DNA of 64,000 nucleotides from Octopus vulgaris (Eukaryota), in contig OX597818.1 of the NCBI GenBank assembly GCA_951406725.2, positions 81,654,001 to 81,718,000 on the forward strand, read 5' to 3'. The position numbers and the translations under genes are program-made. The notes under the pieces were generated by a model. It saw only the letters and a list, made by a program, of their open reading frames with translations, did not search any database and was not told the DNA's origin. Positions 13,814-27,930 of the stretch are shown here, piece by piece; the first letter of the stretch is position 1, and every line of letters starts with the position of its first letter.

Positions 13814-13984
13814 TTATTATTATTATTATTTGTCTCTCATCTTTTCGATGTCGATTAAATAAGTACCAGTTGAACACTGGGGTCGATGTAATCGACCGAT
13901 CCCTACCTCCACCACGCCGTCCTTGAGGCAAAAATGTTGAAATAATAATAATAATAATAATATTATTAAATATTATTATAAATA

Positions 13985-14165
13985 AGGCGGGAGCTGGCAG
14001 AATCGTTTTCACTTCGGGCAAAATACTTAGCGGAAATTTATCCGTCTTAACGTCCCGAGTTCCAAATCCTTCAGTGGTCATCTTTGCATTTCATTCGTTC
14101 GGTATCGATAAAACAAGCACTATTTAATTGCTGAAATTGTTGGCGTTGTGCCAAAATTGGAAAAC
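13985..14165 (+). mobile_element. SINE family A copy (with a 3' fragment at ~13830-13940)
   Basis: GGCGGGAGCTGGCAGAATCG...GAGTTCCAAATCC...TTTCATTCGTTCGGTATCGATAAAA. Confidence 0.75.
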
Positions 14166-14310
14166 GTTGTTGTTGTTGTTGTTGTTGTTCTTCTTCTTCT
14201 TCTTCTTCTTCTTCTTCTTCTTCTTCTTCTTCTCCTCGTTCTCCTCCTCCTCCTCCTCCTCCTCCTCCTCCTTCTTCTTCTTCTTGTTCTTCTTCTTCTT
14301 CTTCTTCTTC

Positions 14311-14360
<50 letters not shown>

Positions 14361-14847
14361 GTGCTTAAATCTATTCCAATATTTCTCGAACAGTTCTAAA
14401 TCTAACAAAAAGAAATTCGGAATTTTTTTTTACTCGTAGACTTTTATTGAACTATTCATCCCGTTCCTAATTAAAATATCATGGTCGATTTTTTAGATAA
14501 TTTCCATTTCTCTAACTTCGAATGTCAATAATGACTCCTCTTTTCATCGCATACCTCTGCCAAGAAATTGTATTTAATAGAGCAAGACAGCATTCAAGGA
14601 GTGACAAAAAAGCTCCAAAAGAGTTATATTGAATATGCCGATTTTTAAACAAGAAAATATATATAAAGAATAAATAATTGTAGATAACATCAGCAACTAT
14701 AACATGAATACTTGTATGCAGTTACTCAACCTGACGTCTGTCAATGCACGTTTAAATGAGCAAATTCCTAGCATGAAACACATTTTCCTGGATGAACAAA
14801 TGTAAAGCAGCTGTTAACAAGCATACATACATACATACATACATACA

Positions 14848-14925
<78 letters not shown>

Positions 14926-14939
14926 TGCAGACCTGGGTA

Positions 14940-15490
<551 letters not shown>

Positions 15491-15524
15491 GATAAGAAAT
15501 TTTTCTTCTATCGTGTTACTTGTA

Positions 15525-15755
15525 TCCAACATTTAATTATGATCATGCTGGAGCACCACCTTAAATGGATTTTAGTCGAAGAAATCGACCCCAGGACTTA
15601 TTCTTTGTAAGCCTAGTACTTATTGTATTAGTCTCATTTGCCGTACCATTACATTACGGGGAATAAGCACAACATCATCGGTTGTCAAACGTTGGTAGGG
15701 GGATACAGACAGACACGCATAAACATCTTCATATATACCAAATTCACTCACAAGT
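15525..15755 (-). mobile_element. SINE family B 3' fragment
   Basis: CATGCTGGAGCACCACCTT...ATCGACCCCAGGACTTATTCTTTGTAAGCCTAGTACTTAT. Confidence 0.78.
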
Positions 15756-15960
15756 GAAAATTTATTTACATTATATTACAAATTTATTTACATTCCAATA
15801 TAATATGTGTATAATTTAGAACACTTATAGATAGAAGGTCTTATAGTTGTTTCCAAGATATTTAGTATATCCCTTCGTTGGAGACGGTGTGAGAGGATGG
15901 TTAAGAAATAGTTAATTTAGATAAGATATAAAATAGAAAATTCAGTTATATATATATATA

Positions 15961-16150
15961 GGGAGAGTTTACACAAAAAAAAACAAAAGACGAAGACAGG
16001 TGTTGTACAAAACAAACAGATGTATTAGTATAACGCTCAGGAATAGAAAAAGGCTTTTACGTTTCGAGACTATGCTTTTCTACAGAAAGGGACAGAAACA
16101 ACAAGGAGAGAAAAAAATGTGTGTAGTGGCTAACAGTTTATCATGGCGAT
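15961..16150 (-). mobile_element. Short PLE-like terminal fragment with a degenerate minimal hammerhead (16054-16089)
   Basis: Homologous to 44605-44830; the minus strand reads CTGTAGAA-AAGC-ATAG-TCTC-GAAAC-GTA; lies between (TA)n tracts. Confidence 0.55.
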
Positions 16151-16632
16151 TGATATATATATATATATATATTGAGAAAGAGAAAGAGAGATAAACAAGC
16201 CAAACAACTGGTATCAGGTTATGTTATGATATATCTTTAAACATGATATTACAGGATTATAGTTCAGAAGAAAGGAAGAATTAAATAGGTACGCACGCCT
16301 ATTTAATTCCTTCTCATGAACTATTTTCATGCTTAAAGATATGTCATAATCTAACTTGATAAGAGTTGTTTTGCAAGCTTATAAATTTATCGAATTATGT
16401 ATGAACGTACTCTATTGATAAACTGTCAATAGCCAATCGTCTTTATGCATTCTTGTTATATTTCTGCTATAACCATCTTGCTATGGTGTTGTTTTCACTT
16501 CCACTCCAGGTTGGAGTCTTGCTCTTCTAGTCTACCTTCAGTGCTAATTATATACACCTATTACTGTAATCAGACGTGATATTCCTTAAATTGATGGTTG
16601 TATGCAGTATTTATGCAGCTACAAGTTGTCTT

Positions 16633-16683
<51 letters not shown>

Positions 16684-16890
16684 AATCAAGGAGAAAAGCC
16701 ATTTCCTTCAAAGGAATGTAAAATATCCAATTTTCACTGGTACTTCAGTTGAATACCACAAGTATAATTGTATAATTACAATAGACATATATTAAAGGAA
16801 ACAGAGAAATACAATTGACATATTAAAACTTTATTTACATTATAATATAATTATACTATAAAAGGTATAATATAATATAACAAATAATTA

Positions 16891-16993
16891 AAACAAATAT
16901 AAATCCAACAACTTGTTTCGACTCGTATCCACCAGTGAATTTAAAAGACATCACATCTATGAATATGAGTCTCCTCAGAGTGATATTTGTTCA
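16891..16993 (-). ncRNA. Type I hammerhead ribozyme motif (long stem II)
   Basis: Minus strand: AACAAATATcact-CTGAGGA-GACTCATATTCA...TGGATACGAGTC-GAAA-CAAGTTG-TT-ggattt-ATATTTGTT. Confidence 0.7.
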
Positions 16994-17139
16994 AAAAACA
17001 GACAAAAAGTCCATGCAAAGAATGTTAGATCATAAAAGAGACTGATTTAAAATATATCTATGTTTATAATCGTGACCGTTAATAATTTTGAAATATAATA
17101 AATACAATATAAACAAAAAAATTCAAATATTATTATTAT

Positions 17140-17220
17140 TCAGGTTACTGCCTGGAATCGAATTCGGCACCTTGGGGTAAATAGCCCGCGCTCTTAACCA
17201 CTACGGCGTATGCCCGTGGA
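17140..17220 (-). mobile_element. Short tRNA-derived SINE head
   Basis: Minus strand has an A-box-like CCGTAGTGGTTAAG and a B-box-like TTCGATTCC. Confidence 0.6.
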
Positions 17221-18593
17221 TTCAAATAGATAAAATAATTAAGTAACGAAAAATTACTACGGTTATAAAATGTTGTTTTTTTGATCTCCAAAAGTATTAA
17301 TCAAAAGGTATTTTAATCGAAAATAACCACTGGCCATTTTATTAGATTAATAAAATCTATATAATATGTTAAGAATTTATGGGGGAGTAGGAAAAATATT
17401 GTATTCAAAATTACTATATACTATGGCGAGAAATATATATATAAGGATATATTTTATTCAGACACCAAATTCATTAAAAAAAGCTTTAATCAACGATTAA
17501 TTCACTCAAAAGTTTTTACTAAATACCCCGATGTTAAACAAAGGTATAATGTTACGAGTTATGATTATTATAAAGTAGACAATTTCTTACATAAAAAAAA
17601 AAAATAATATATAAATAAATAAAATGTCCGAATTTTACTTAGTTTTACAGAAGAAAATAAATATAGAGTAGGACAATAGTTTTATGTTCTATAAATTTTT
17701 AAGTGTATACAAGTTCGAAAGAACATAACATAATATATAGTAAATATTATAGGGTCTACAAGAAATATTCATATACGCATAATTATTCAAAAAGATATAT
17801 AGTTATATATAATTATTATTCTAATCATATTTCTTCGTACTAATATATATATTATTCTTAGTAAATAACAAGTACAAAAAACAAATTTACTTACTCTATC
17901 AGAGGAAAAATATATGTTTATACATTTATACATTCATTGCTTACGGGAAAATAACCGGATATACAATAAAAATATTTTTGACCACGATAGGGATTTTTAT
18001 AAAATTATTCACATCATGATATTACTAAATTCAATTTATATATTTATTAATTTATGATCATTTTATATAAACATCATAGCATGATTAAAACTTATATGTT
18101 AAATTTAACTACGAATATAGTGATATAGTTTACACTGAAGACAACTATATTTTATAGTACTAAATACCAAATTTATAACTTAATCCACTGAAATATTAGA
18201 GATATCCTCATGAATATACCAGTTTAAAGCTACAAAACTTTCAGATAAAATTTTTAAAAACTTCCAAATCATTCAGTATAAAAAATTGCCTCAAGCTACA
18301 AACCGTTCAGTTTAAATAAAAACTTACAATTCGTTCAGTATAATAACAAAAATTTGGCCTCAAATACAATTACGTTAAATAATGTCACATTATAAAGTTT
18401 CGGAAAATATCACAAGGAAAATATTTTGTTCACGACGTCTTGCAACACTTCAAATCTTTACCACAAACTATCCATAAATGTGAATTCTTATAAATCCACT
18501 GGTGGATATGAGTCAAAATACATTATTGGATTTATATTTGTTTTAATTAGGTTGTTATATTATATCTTTTTGTAGAATATATATCTATATCTA

Positions 18594-18647
<54 letters not shown>

Positions 18648-19590
18648 TTTATATACATACACACACGTATGTGTGTATGTATATATATATATATATATAT
18701 GTATGTATATATGTATACACATACGCACACACAAACACACGCACACATATATATATTTGTATGTATGTATGTATATATATCATAGATTGTCCACCAAAAG
18801 GATCGCTTCAATTTACCGTTGTGGACAGAAACCGAATTCCCATATATCTACATATATCTAATATGAATGCCTCGTTACGTTCATGAACCAATATCACTAA
18901 CACTGCTGTATGCTGCGACTGTATCACTACCACAACTTGCCTGATATGTTGTCTTTGCTCACAAAATCATCAATGCACGCATATATTTGTCTTTGCCGAT
19001 AACCAGAGCACGCCAGAATTTTACCTCAATTTAATTGAGAGCACATTTAAAACCATATATTGTCAATACAACAGCTCCTTCAGAAACTTCATCAGAATAA
19101 CAGATACTAGATTGTTCAAATAAATAATAAATCCGAATGGTAAACGTCAAACAAACGACAAAGTATATAGTCTCGTGGTGAGTGATAGACCACAATAATA
19201 CACATGGACAGGGCAGCAACTACAAACTACAAATATCTGCTGCTCCCTACGAGATCTTCACTGAAATTAAAATCGAAGCTGCTCTTCAGTTGAATGCAGA
19301 AGGCGAATTCTAATTGAAAATCATGCCATCTCATTAAATCACATAGATTCTCTCAGCGCGCAAACATTATTTGCAACCTGCTTCAAATTCAGTGTAACAA
19401 AGGCACTAGCATCAACTTCATCTAGAAGATCGTAATTTCTAGAAACCTAAATTGAGTTACGAATATTATTATGGTAACATGCAGAACAGGGACTATAGAA
19501 TACATCGAAAATAATTTACAACGACACACTCACATATGCAAACACATATAAACTCACACACAGACGCATATAGATTCATATATACATACA

Positions 19591-19636
<46 letters not shown>

Positions 19637-19650
19637 CATACATACATACA

Positions 19651-19684
<34 letters not shown>

Positions 19685-20155
19685 CATACATACATACATA
19701 TACATGCATATTGTTTACGGCATAGAATTTAATAAGTTTGAGAGGCATGAAATAAATCATTTTAAAGTGTGGAACTGGAAGTCCACAAAACTATGAATAA
19801 TAGCTTGTAAATATTCTCTTGGATAGAAACAAAACTCTCTTGGTCACCCTCGGACTTTTTTCTATCCAAATGTATTTAAAGCAATATTTACAGTCAATTA
19901 ATTATAGCTTTCGAGCTCCGCCGTTAAAGTAACTATATGTATGCATGTATATGTTTGTATATTAAGGCTATCATTGGTTTTATATCTAGAAAAATATCTT
20001 AATGTCTTTACAATGTTTCAAGCCGATTAAGGAGAGGAATAGTGTTCGTCTCTATTTAGAACGAAAACACAAAAGTCTCGGGACAAATCTCGGAAATTCA
20101 CATAAAAAACAAGAAATCAAGGGGCGTTACTCTTGGATGACGTCTTTTGAGTAAT

Positions 20156-20186
<31 letters not shown>

Positions 20187-20425
20187 AATACAATTGAACT
20201 TACATTTTAAGCTCCGATAAAACGATAATGTGATACACAAGTACTTATTTATGAGTGCATTGCATCTTATAGCAGAAAGAACTGAAACCTAACGTAGTTC
20301 ATGATATAATTTATCATTCCCCTCTCACTTTAATTCCTTAGTACTGCTCTGTACTCGAATGACGCTTTGGTCTGAAGCATATGTATATTGAGCTCTAACA
20401 CCAGATTTCCAGTATCGATATGCCC

Positions 20426-20532
<107 letters not shown>

Positions 20533-22307
20533 TTAAATAATAAGTGTGAAAAATTGAATATTAATTTAATACCAATTTAAAACCATTGGCCTTGCATATT
20601 GAAAAATTTGTCTTTAATTTCCGGTCTTTTGTTGGTTTGATATTCTTGTCACACTTAAAATTTTAAACATTCTATGTGAGACCTAAGTAACTGAATTTGT
20701 TGTTAGATACGTTCCTATCAAATGGGCTTTTTTGTGGGAATGTTTTCGGTTTCTAATCTTTTCACCACAGAATTGTTGAGATCTTACCGGATGCATGGTA
20801 AAGGTCATTGAGATCTGTAATAACAACATAATTAGCTGAAATTATATCTTTAATCGGAAGGCCGCTTTTCCCAATTGCTTTAAGGTTTAGGTTAGAGTTT
20901 CAAATTTCTGGGAGATTATCACGTTCATTGATACTGGTTTGTATAATTTTTCAGCCATTCAATCATGATTTGATTTTTTATTTCTGTGTGACTTTCTTTG
21001 TTTATTTGATTATCATATTCCTTCATATTTATAGCTGGTTCAGAAAGTATTTCACATTACTTATCAGTTACATTGTCTCTTTCTATCATTACTGCATTTT
21101 CATCAGACCTAGATTGGTCTGTAATTATTTCTCCAGCAGTATCTACTTTAGCTGTATCTTCGTTCCTTTTATACCTTATTAATTGTTTAATCTGGTCAAT
21201 CTCTAATTCAGTTTGTAATTCCTTTTTATAATATTTCTGACGTTGGCAAGCTTGTATCTATCTAGGATCTTATTTCAAGGTCCTTTTCTCTCCAGCTTCC
21301 ATAGGTTTGTTAAGATTTATTTATAAGAAAAAATACACGGTACGAGAGAAAGCCTTAAGAGCGTCTTTATTATCTTTCCTGGAACATTTTTCATTCCTTT
21401 TCTTTAGGTTATTTGATGGTGAATGTGGATGGCCATCTGTTGGAATATTCTGATTGTGTGTGTGTGTGTGTGTGTGTGTTTGTGGGAATTTGAACAGTAG
21501 CTGATTTTTCGCTCCCAGCATGGTTCCTCACTGGGTTGTGCGGTCCTTGTTGACCCGGGTTACGGGTAACCAGTGTAAATTTTGCTTTGTTATCATTGAG
21601 ATATGAAGAGCCTGGACGTTGACATTAAGTGATGGATCTGATTGTTTAGCGTTAACTTTTTGCAACAACAACGCCTCCGAGTACTTTGAATGAAAACTTT
21701 ACTCGTACCGTAGTTTCGTAAGGTTAAGAGAACGGTATTCGTCTTTTTTGTTGACAAATTTATCTCCGGGCATAGTTTCTTTGTAGTATTTTAAGCTTAG
21801 TATTTGTTCACTCTGTTTTAGTTAAAAGAAAATGGGTTGTTATTGCTTTTCTTCGTGTGTCACACGCGCTTTCAAATGTGTGTATGTGTGTCAAGTAAAT
21901 TTCACGTATTTGTGGAAAAGATTGGTGTGTATGTGTAATTCTACCGGTATTAATCTGTATACGTGATTGTATACATTCGATTGCCTGAGTGATTAATCAA
22001 TTTACGCACTCACTGTTTTTTTTTTCCACTTATATTTTATAGTTTGTGAACTTTACGATGTTGACTTCGCACGTTTCTTTCGCAAATGTTTCACTGTGAC
22101 ATCGTGTATGGAGGAAACAGTACTTTGAGTAACAGTAAAATTTCGTTTTATGTGGTTATTTTCGTTAAAATGCTACTTTCCTCAAGTCTTCCACAAATTC
22201 CTTTATCTCATTCCACCGATGTTGTTGGATTAGAATTGTTTTGTATGGAGAGCCAGGAGTGGCACGCCCATGTTGTTATTCAATGCGGAGCTCCCTTTTC
22301 TCTTGTA

Positions 22308-22379
<72 letters not shown>

Positions 22380-22465
22380 TTTTTATTTTTTTTATTTATT
22401 TATTATTGTTGTTGTTGTTGTTATTATTATTATTATTATTATTGTTGTTGTTGTTGTTGTTGTTG

Positions 22466-22508
<43 letters not shown>

Positions 22509-22806
22509 CATTACCATTATATGGATTGGCTGTGTCTATTTCAACAAACTTTCATAAATATGCGCCGCTATAATTTCAGTCAAGTTTTTATTGCTTCAAT
22601 AGGTAATTTAGTTGTATTTCAGTTAAATAACCTACCTTATTTACTGGGTGTAAAATACTTTTCTAGAAATATCGAAAATTTACCAGGTGTATATGTGGTT
22701 GTTTGGGCTACGTATGGTGCATTATGCAATGTACCCTGTCTATGGCAAGTTTTCCGTTCTCTAGGAGTCATAATGTAGTTAATATTGCAACGCATATATA
22801 TATGTG

Positions 22807-23291
22807 CTAGCACTATCACCCGGCGTTGCCGGGTCATAGTGCTAGTGCTTGTTGTTGGTTGCCGGGTCGCAGTAAAAATTTCTCACTAAACCAATAGCTA
22901 AATTTCTTATCACATTTTAGTCCGGGCCAATTTTGTTATTTATGAGCTAGATGGAGCTTTTTATGAGAGTAATTAATATTTAATGGACTTCGGTTTTTGC
23001 ACCTGGAACGACATAATCATGGAAAATTAGCGGGACTGTGCATATGCCAATAGTCGGACAAAGGAGGTAGAAGAAAGCGAAAAACTCCAATTTGGCCGCA
23101 AAATAACTTATGGGCATAATGAGTCGGTTTATCGATTTTCTAATGGCTTTCTGGGGTGACTGAAGAAATGAAAAGATCTTCACAGACAGATTTGAAAGCC
23201 CATAGAAAATGTGAGCCTTTTACGTTGAAAACTGTGGATTCATATAAGGGACACACAGATACACAAACATTTTGCCGTTTATAGATATAGA
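22807..23291 (-). mobile_element. Non-autonomous Helitron
   Basis: Minus-strand 3' end is the hairpin ACCCGGCAACGCCGGGT, a short spacer and CTAG; the 5' end is TCTATATCTATAAA. Confidence 0.8.
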
Positions 23292-23499
23292 TATATATTT
23301 ATTGGTTATGCTGTAAGGGGAAGCGAATTCAACCTCAATGGTAAAGTCGCTATTAGTGTTTGTATTCCTATTTCTACATTCTTTGTTCTTTCTGTCATTA
23401 TTACTACTGTTCTTATTATCCTTATACTTTTTATCACAGTTGATACTATTATTGTTATCATTAAAGTCTTTGTGGCCAATAAAAAATTACTTATTATCA

Positions 23500-25520
23500 T
23501 TAACGTTTCTATAAAGATCCGTATGCTGTGGTTATAATGTTCCTATGTATTCTAAGTTTGCACCTCTGGCTCACATAACTGCTTCGGCTCTTCATTCCTC
23601 TATATTAATTATTTATAACTTTGTGCTTGCAGTTCTTCCTACACAGATTTTCTAATTATCAACGATGTCTGCCTTACTACGTATCCTATTAAAGTAAACC
23701 TTATAAATATTATTTTAATTTTCTCATTATTCACCAGTTCCATTAAGTCTATATGTTTATGTATCTTCTTAATATCTCCATTAAGAAAATATTGAATTTT
23801 CTCTTTAAAACCATCTTCACCTTCAGGCGAATTCTAATATTTCTAGTTTTGTCTAAATACTTTCTCATCCGCCGGAAGTTTAGAAGTTCTAAGAGAGACA
23901 GTCTAAACTGTCACATCTTCTAGGTTTTCATTTGGTCTATAATACAGATGATGCAGTCTCGTAGTAAGATTCAAAGTAACGTCTAGAAAATTTGTCTTAA
24001 TTTTATTTATATATATGTTTAATTTTGCAAGGTGATAAAATCTTAGCTTTTTAAAGAATTTGCGGGCTTTCCCTATACATTTCAGAATTAACTCTGCTAC
24101 ATTTATAAATTTCAAATAAAGTATCATATCTTCATAATCCACTCCTTAATTAAAGAAATTAATTGTGAACAAGCTAAAATATAACGAGGGGTACCCAAAA
24201 GAAAACTGAATTTAGCAACACTATTTTATTCACTTAGTTTTACATGTTTACACTTTTATCGCCTTCAAATATTCTCTATTTGAAGCAATTCATCACAAAC
24301 CAGATGCGTTTTCCACGGTTCGAAGCAGTCCCTGAACTCTTGCGAAGTGATGCCTTTTAACGCCTCCATCGTTTTATTTCTCTTCACCTCTTCCACAGTT
24401 GCAATTTTCGTAGCACCAGCTACCGTCAACAGTGATGACTTGAAAAAGAGGATTTTCAGTCCACTGACACACGTTCACTGTTCATTCAGTTCATGACACA
24501 TTCAGTCGTGACTGTTTTTGATCTTCCATGAGCAAGCGAGGTACAAATTTTGCTGCAACTCTTTTCATCTGCAATTCCTCATTCAGAATTCGTTGCCAGG
24601 AGCTGCAGGGCACACCAGTCATATAAACAAGTTCGTCAATTTTTTGGTGACGGTCCTCCAAGGTCAGTTTTGTATTTTCATGATGTCTTCATTCGTTCGG
24701 GAGGTCGACGGTCGCCTTCAACGAGGTTTGACTTCAAGCGACAAGTGACCATTTCTAAAGCGTGAAGACCACTCGTAAAATTGTGTTTTGCTCATGGTAG
24801 CGGCCTTGTAAGATGTTTGAAACATGACAACTGTTTCAGCCGCCATTGTTCCCAGTAGAAAACAGAATTTCACAGAACTGGCTGTTCCTTCGTTTCAGCT
24901 ATTGCAAAAATCGAAGAACAGGGGAGAAGCACTACAAAACAAAGACGCACCATGTGGCAGTATGACCTTAGCGAACAAAGCCGGTTGGCAGACTGGTGCC
25001 TGAAGGTCGTATCAAGTGGCCTCTAGTGGTGAAAGCCTAAACTACAACGGGCTGGTCCCACAGGAAACATTTCTGGTTACTTCGGGTACTATCGTACATT
25101 CCTACTAAATGGGTAACTTGTGTGATACCAAAATTGTTCAGTCTGCCATTTCTAGTTCAGTATCTATTCCCAAACTCAATTATAAACTTCCTAGCTGTTA
25201 AAATAATATCTACATCCTGTGTAGATAAATCGATGTTCTTCCTTGCAAATAATAATACCCTTTTCAGCAAAATAGGGTTAATTGAGGAAAACACTAGTTT
25301 ATATATATTCCATTATATTCATTTAATTTCAAGATATTGAGAGATATCATTTATTGATCTGCGGCCTATTTAGTCATTTTACTGTATGCTTTTGTCACTT
25401 TTCGCAAACCAAAGAAGAGAATAATTTGAAATTATAGACTGAAATCAGATTGTTCTTTAGAAACTTTTTTAGTGAATGTGAATAATAATGCTTATTACGT
25501 TTATTTCTAGCTTTTGCACG
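23500..25520 (-). pseudogene. Decayed Penelope-like (Naiad-like motif pattern) reverse transcriptase, split by a mariner
   Basis: Minus strand: ARKN..., NFGIT..LVGM|YIL (across the mariner), GL*RYD (compare GLYRDD), TNFLDVTLNLTT..H.YYRPNE. Confidence 0.72.
24184..25096 (-). mobile_element. Internally deleted Tc1/mariner (mariner-type) element
   Basis: Imperfect TIRs ACGAGGGGTACCCAAAA / TTCGGGTACTATCGTA at TA sites; transposase remnants MSKTQFYEWSSRFRNG...RPSTSRTNE and C-terminal DCFEPWKT...EGD. Confidence 0.85.
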
Positions 25521-25744
25521 GAATGTGTCAAATATATTGTAAATGTGCAGCTTTTGCATAAACTAAACCTCATGTCCCTTTAAAATCCGAAGAAAATGTA
25601 TGTGATGTAGACGATTGTAAAATCTTATGCTCTTGTATTTTACCGCCGTAACCGAGCTAAACATACGAACTGAAACTGAACGAAACAGAGCAAAAAGAAA
25701 ATACGGTAATTCAGAGGAAAACGTACATATGTATATGTATATAT

Positions 25745-26070
25745 GAAGGCGCATGGCTCAGTATTTAGATCGCCGGTCTCACAATTCTGAGCTGGTGACT
25801 TCGATTCTCAGACAGGGCTGTGCTCTTCCTGAGCAAGACATTTTATTTCCGTCCCTCCAGTTCACTCAGCTGTAAAAGTGAATTGCGACGACACTGATGC
25901 CAAGCCGTATCGGCTGTTGACTTTCGTGTGAAAAACATCGTTAGTGTAGAGAGGGGAGGATGATAAGCATTGGAAGACAGCTGGTCTTTCATAAACAACC
26001 TTGCCCGGACTTCTGCCACGGAGTTTAACAGTCTACGTGCAATCTCATGATCGTTCATGACCGAAGGGTG
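25745..26070 (+). mobile_element. tRNA-derived SINE family C
   Basis: GAAGGCGCATGGCTCAGT...TTCGATTCTCAGAC...GAGCAAGACA...CAGTTCACTCAGCTGTAAA; related heads at ~30185, ~37895, ~43970 and ~49150 (-). Confidence 0.72.
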
Positions 26071-26108
26071 GCTAGAAAATCAATGTGGACATACATAAGT
26101 GCGCACTG

Positions 26109-26146
<38 letters not shown>

Positions 26147-26164
26147 CCATTAGTGTACGTGTGA

Positions 26165-26225
<61 letters not shown>

Positions 26226-26436
26226 CGTTTAAATATTTGTTGTGCAAGATTTTTTATGTGAAGTCGTGTGTTGAAACAGGTATTGTTATATTTCGGAATT
26301 GTGTGACGAAAGAACTCTGTCCGAAATTATATTAAGTTTAATGTAAAAAATAAATAAAACTGAAGCAAAGTAACACCAAATATATAGTGCGTGTGATTTT
26401 ATTGGCTAAACTGGCAAAATGACCATTCCGAAATAT

Positions 26437-26510
<74 letters not shown>

Positions 26511-26708
26511 ATATTAGGGAGTAAATCCAAATTTACATGGAAAAATTAGATTTAAAATTAAATCAAATTTCACAGTATAAATATAAATTATATTTGAGAT
26601 AAAACCACTATTAGGCAAATCAAAGAGTGAAAAACATATTTATCTTTACGTATTGGTTTATGTTTTTCACTGTTTGATTTTCCTAATAGTGGTTTTATCT
26701 CTAATATA

Positions 26709-26768
<60 letters not shown>

Positions 26769-26784
26769 GTGTACGTGTGTGCGT

Positions 26785-26841
<57 letters not shown>

Positions 26842-26842
<1 letters not shown>

Positions 26843-27690
26843 TAGCAGAGATACCCGGCGTTGCCCGTGTTACATGCAATTGAAGAATTAGAATTTTCTG
26901 TAATATATTATGTAATTAACTGGAATATCTATGTTTTGAATTTCCTCAAAATTGCAGATGAGGGTTATTTCCCTCTTTACACACCCTAAAAAATTGTAAT
27001 CGTGCCACATGTATCCCATACTGCTGATTTTTATGCGCATATTCCAAAATTCCAGTCTTATTGAACTTGTTAAAAAGATTTTGCTCCTGAAAAATGAAGG
27101 TCATGGAGCTCTAAAATGTGAGAGTGAAGACCCCTGTTGGGTGTGGGCATCTTTATGTCAACCAGAGAAGTTGAATTGTCGAGAATCGTTTTAACTTGTG
27201 TCTTATGTCTATTGTTTGAATTTCTTTGAAATAGGAAATATATGTTCACTGGGTTTGTAAAAGAGAGCAAAACTACAGGAAACCAAAAGACGAATGATCA
27301 CAATACGCAGTCAGCTACCCTACCCTAGTCGTTATCACTCCCAAAGTAGGATTCCTCACCATCCAGGCGACAGGCACAGCCGCAGGATGCATTACGATTC
27401 TATAGCAATTGGAAGGGCGTGACCCAACTGAAATAAACATTAACATCTGTGTGACGTGAGGTCTAAGGAGAAAGGAAAGTTGGAGTTTGCAAATGACCAC
27501 TATACTGATACGTAACTGGACAGAATAAATTTACTGTTGTACCATTGAATTACAAATAATGCTCATCTTTTATGCTCGGGTAACCATACAGCTTCCAAGA
27601 GCACAACTGTATTCATGACAAAATTGTGGGCGTTAAGTACCCATGGAGGGGGTCTTTCTAACTTGTAAGAAGATGAAATTTTATAAATAT
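26842..27690 (-). mobile_element. Helitron 3' portion
   Basis: A-CTAG-CAGAGAT-ACCCGGCGTTGCCCG, the same terminus as at 22807 and 42615. The inner boundary is uncertain. Confidence 0.65.
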
Positions 27691-27930
27691 TACTTCATTT
27701 GTGTCTAATATATATATATGGTTAAAATTTCATCAACAGCAAAACTATATGAATTGTCATGGGGGTTATATGTGTGTGTATGTGTGTGTGTGGGTGGATC
27801 TGTGTGTATGTGTGTATGGGTGTATATATGTATGCATGTATATATATGTATATATATGTGTAGATAATACATGTACATCTCTATATATATACATCTATAT
27901 GTATACATCTAATATATGTATATATATATA

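Larger units (their letters stand above)
16681..18575. mobile_element. AT-rich Penelope-like remnant with inverted terminal segment and hammerhead
   Basis: 16865-16945 is an inverted copy of ~18487-18565; hammerhead at 16891-16993; flanked by (TA)n. Confidence 0.6.

Noticed and set aside
13245-14081. 278-aa ORF as a gene
   Set aside because: Chimera of an antisense SINE, (TAA)n and a truncated LINE RT.
19070-19100. Minus-strand CTGATGA-AG-TTT-CT-GAAG
   Set aside because: Only a 2-bp stem, GAAG instead of GAAA, and no convincing stem I or III.
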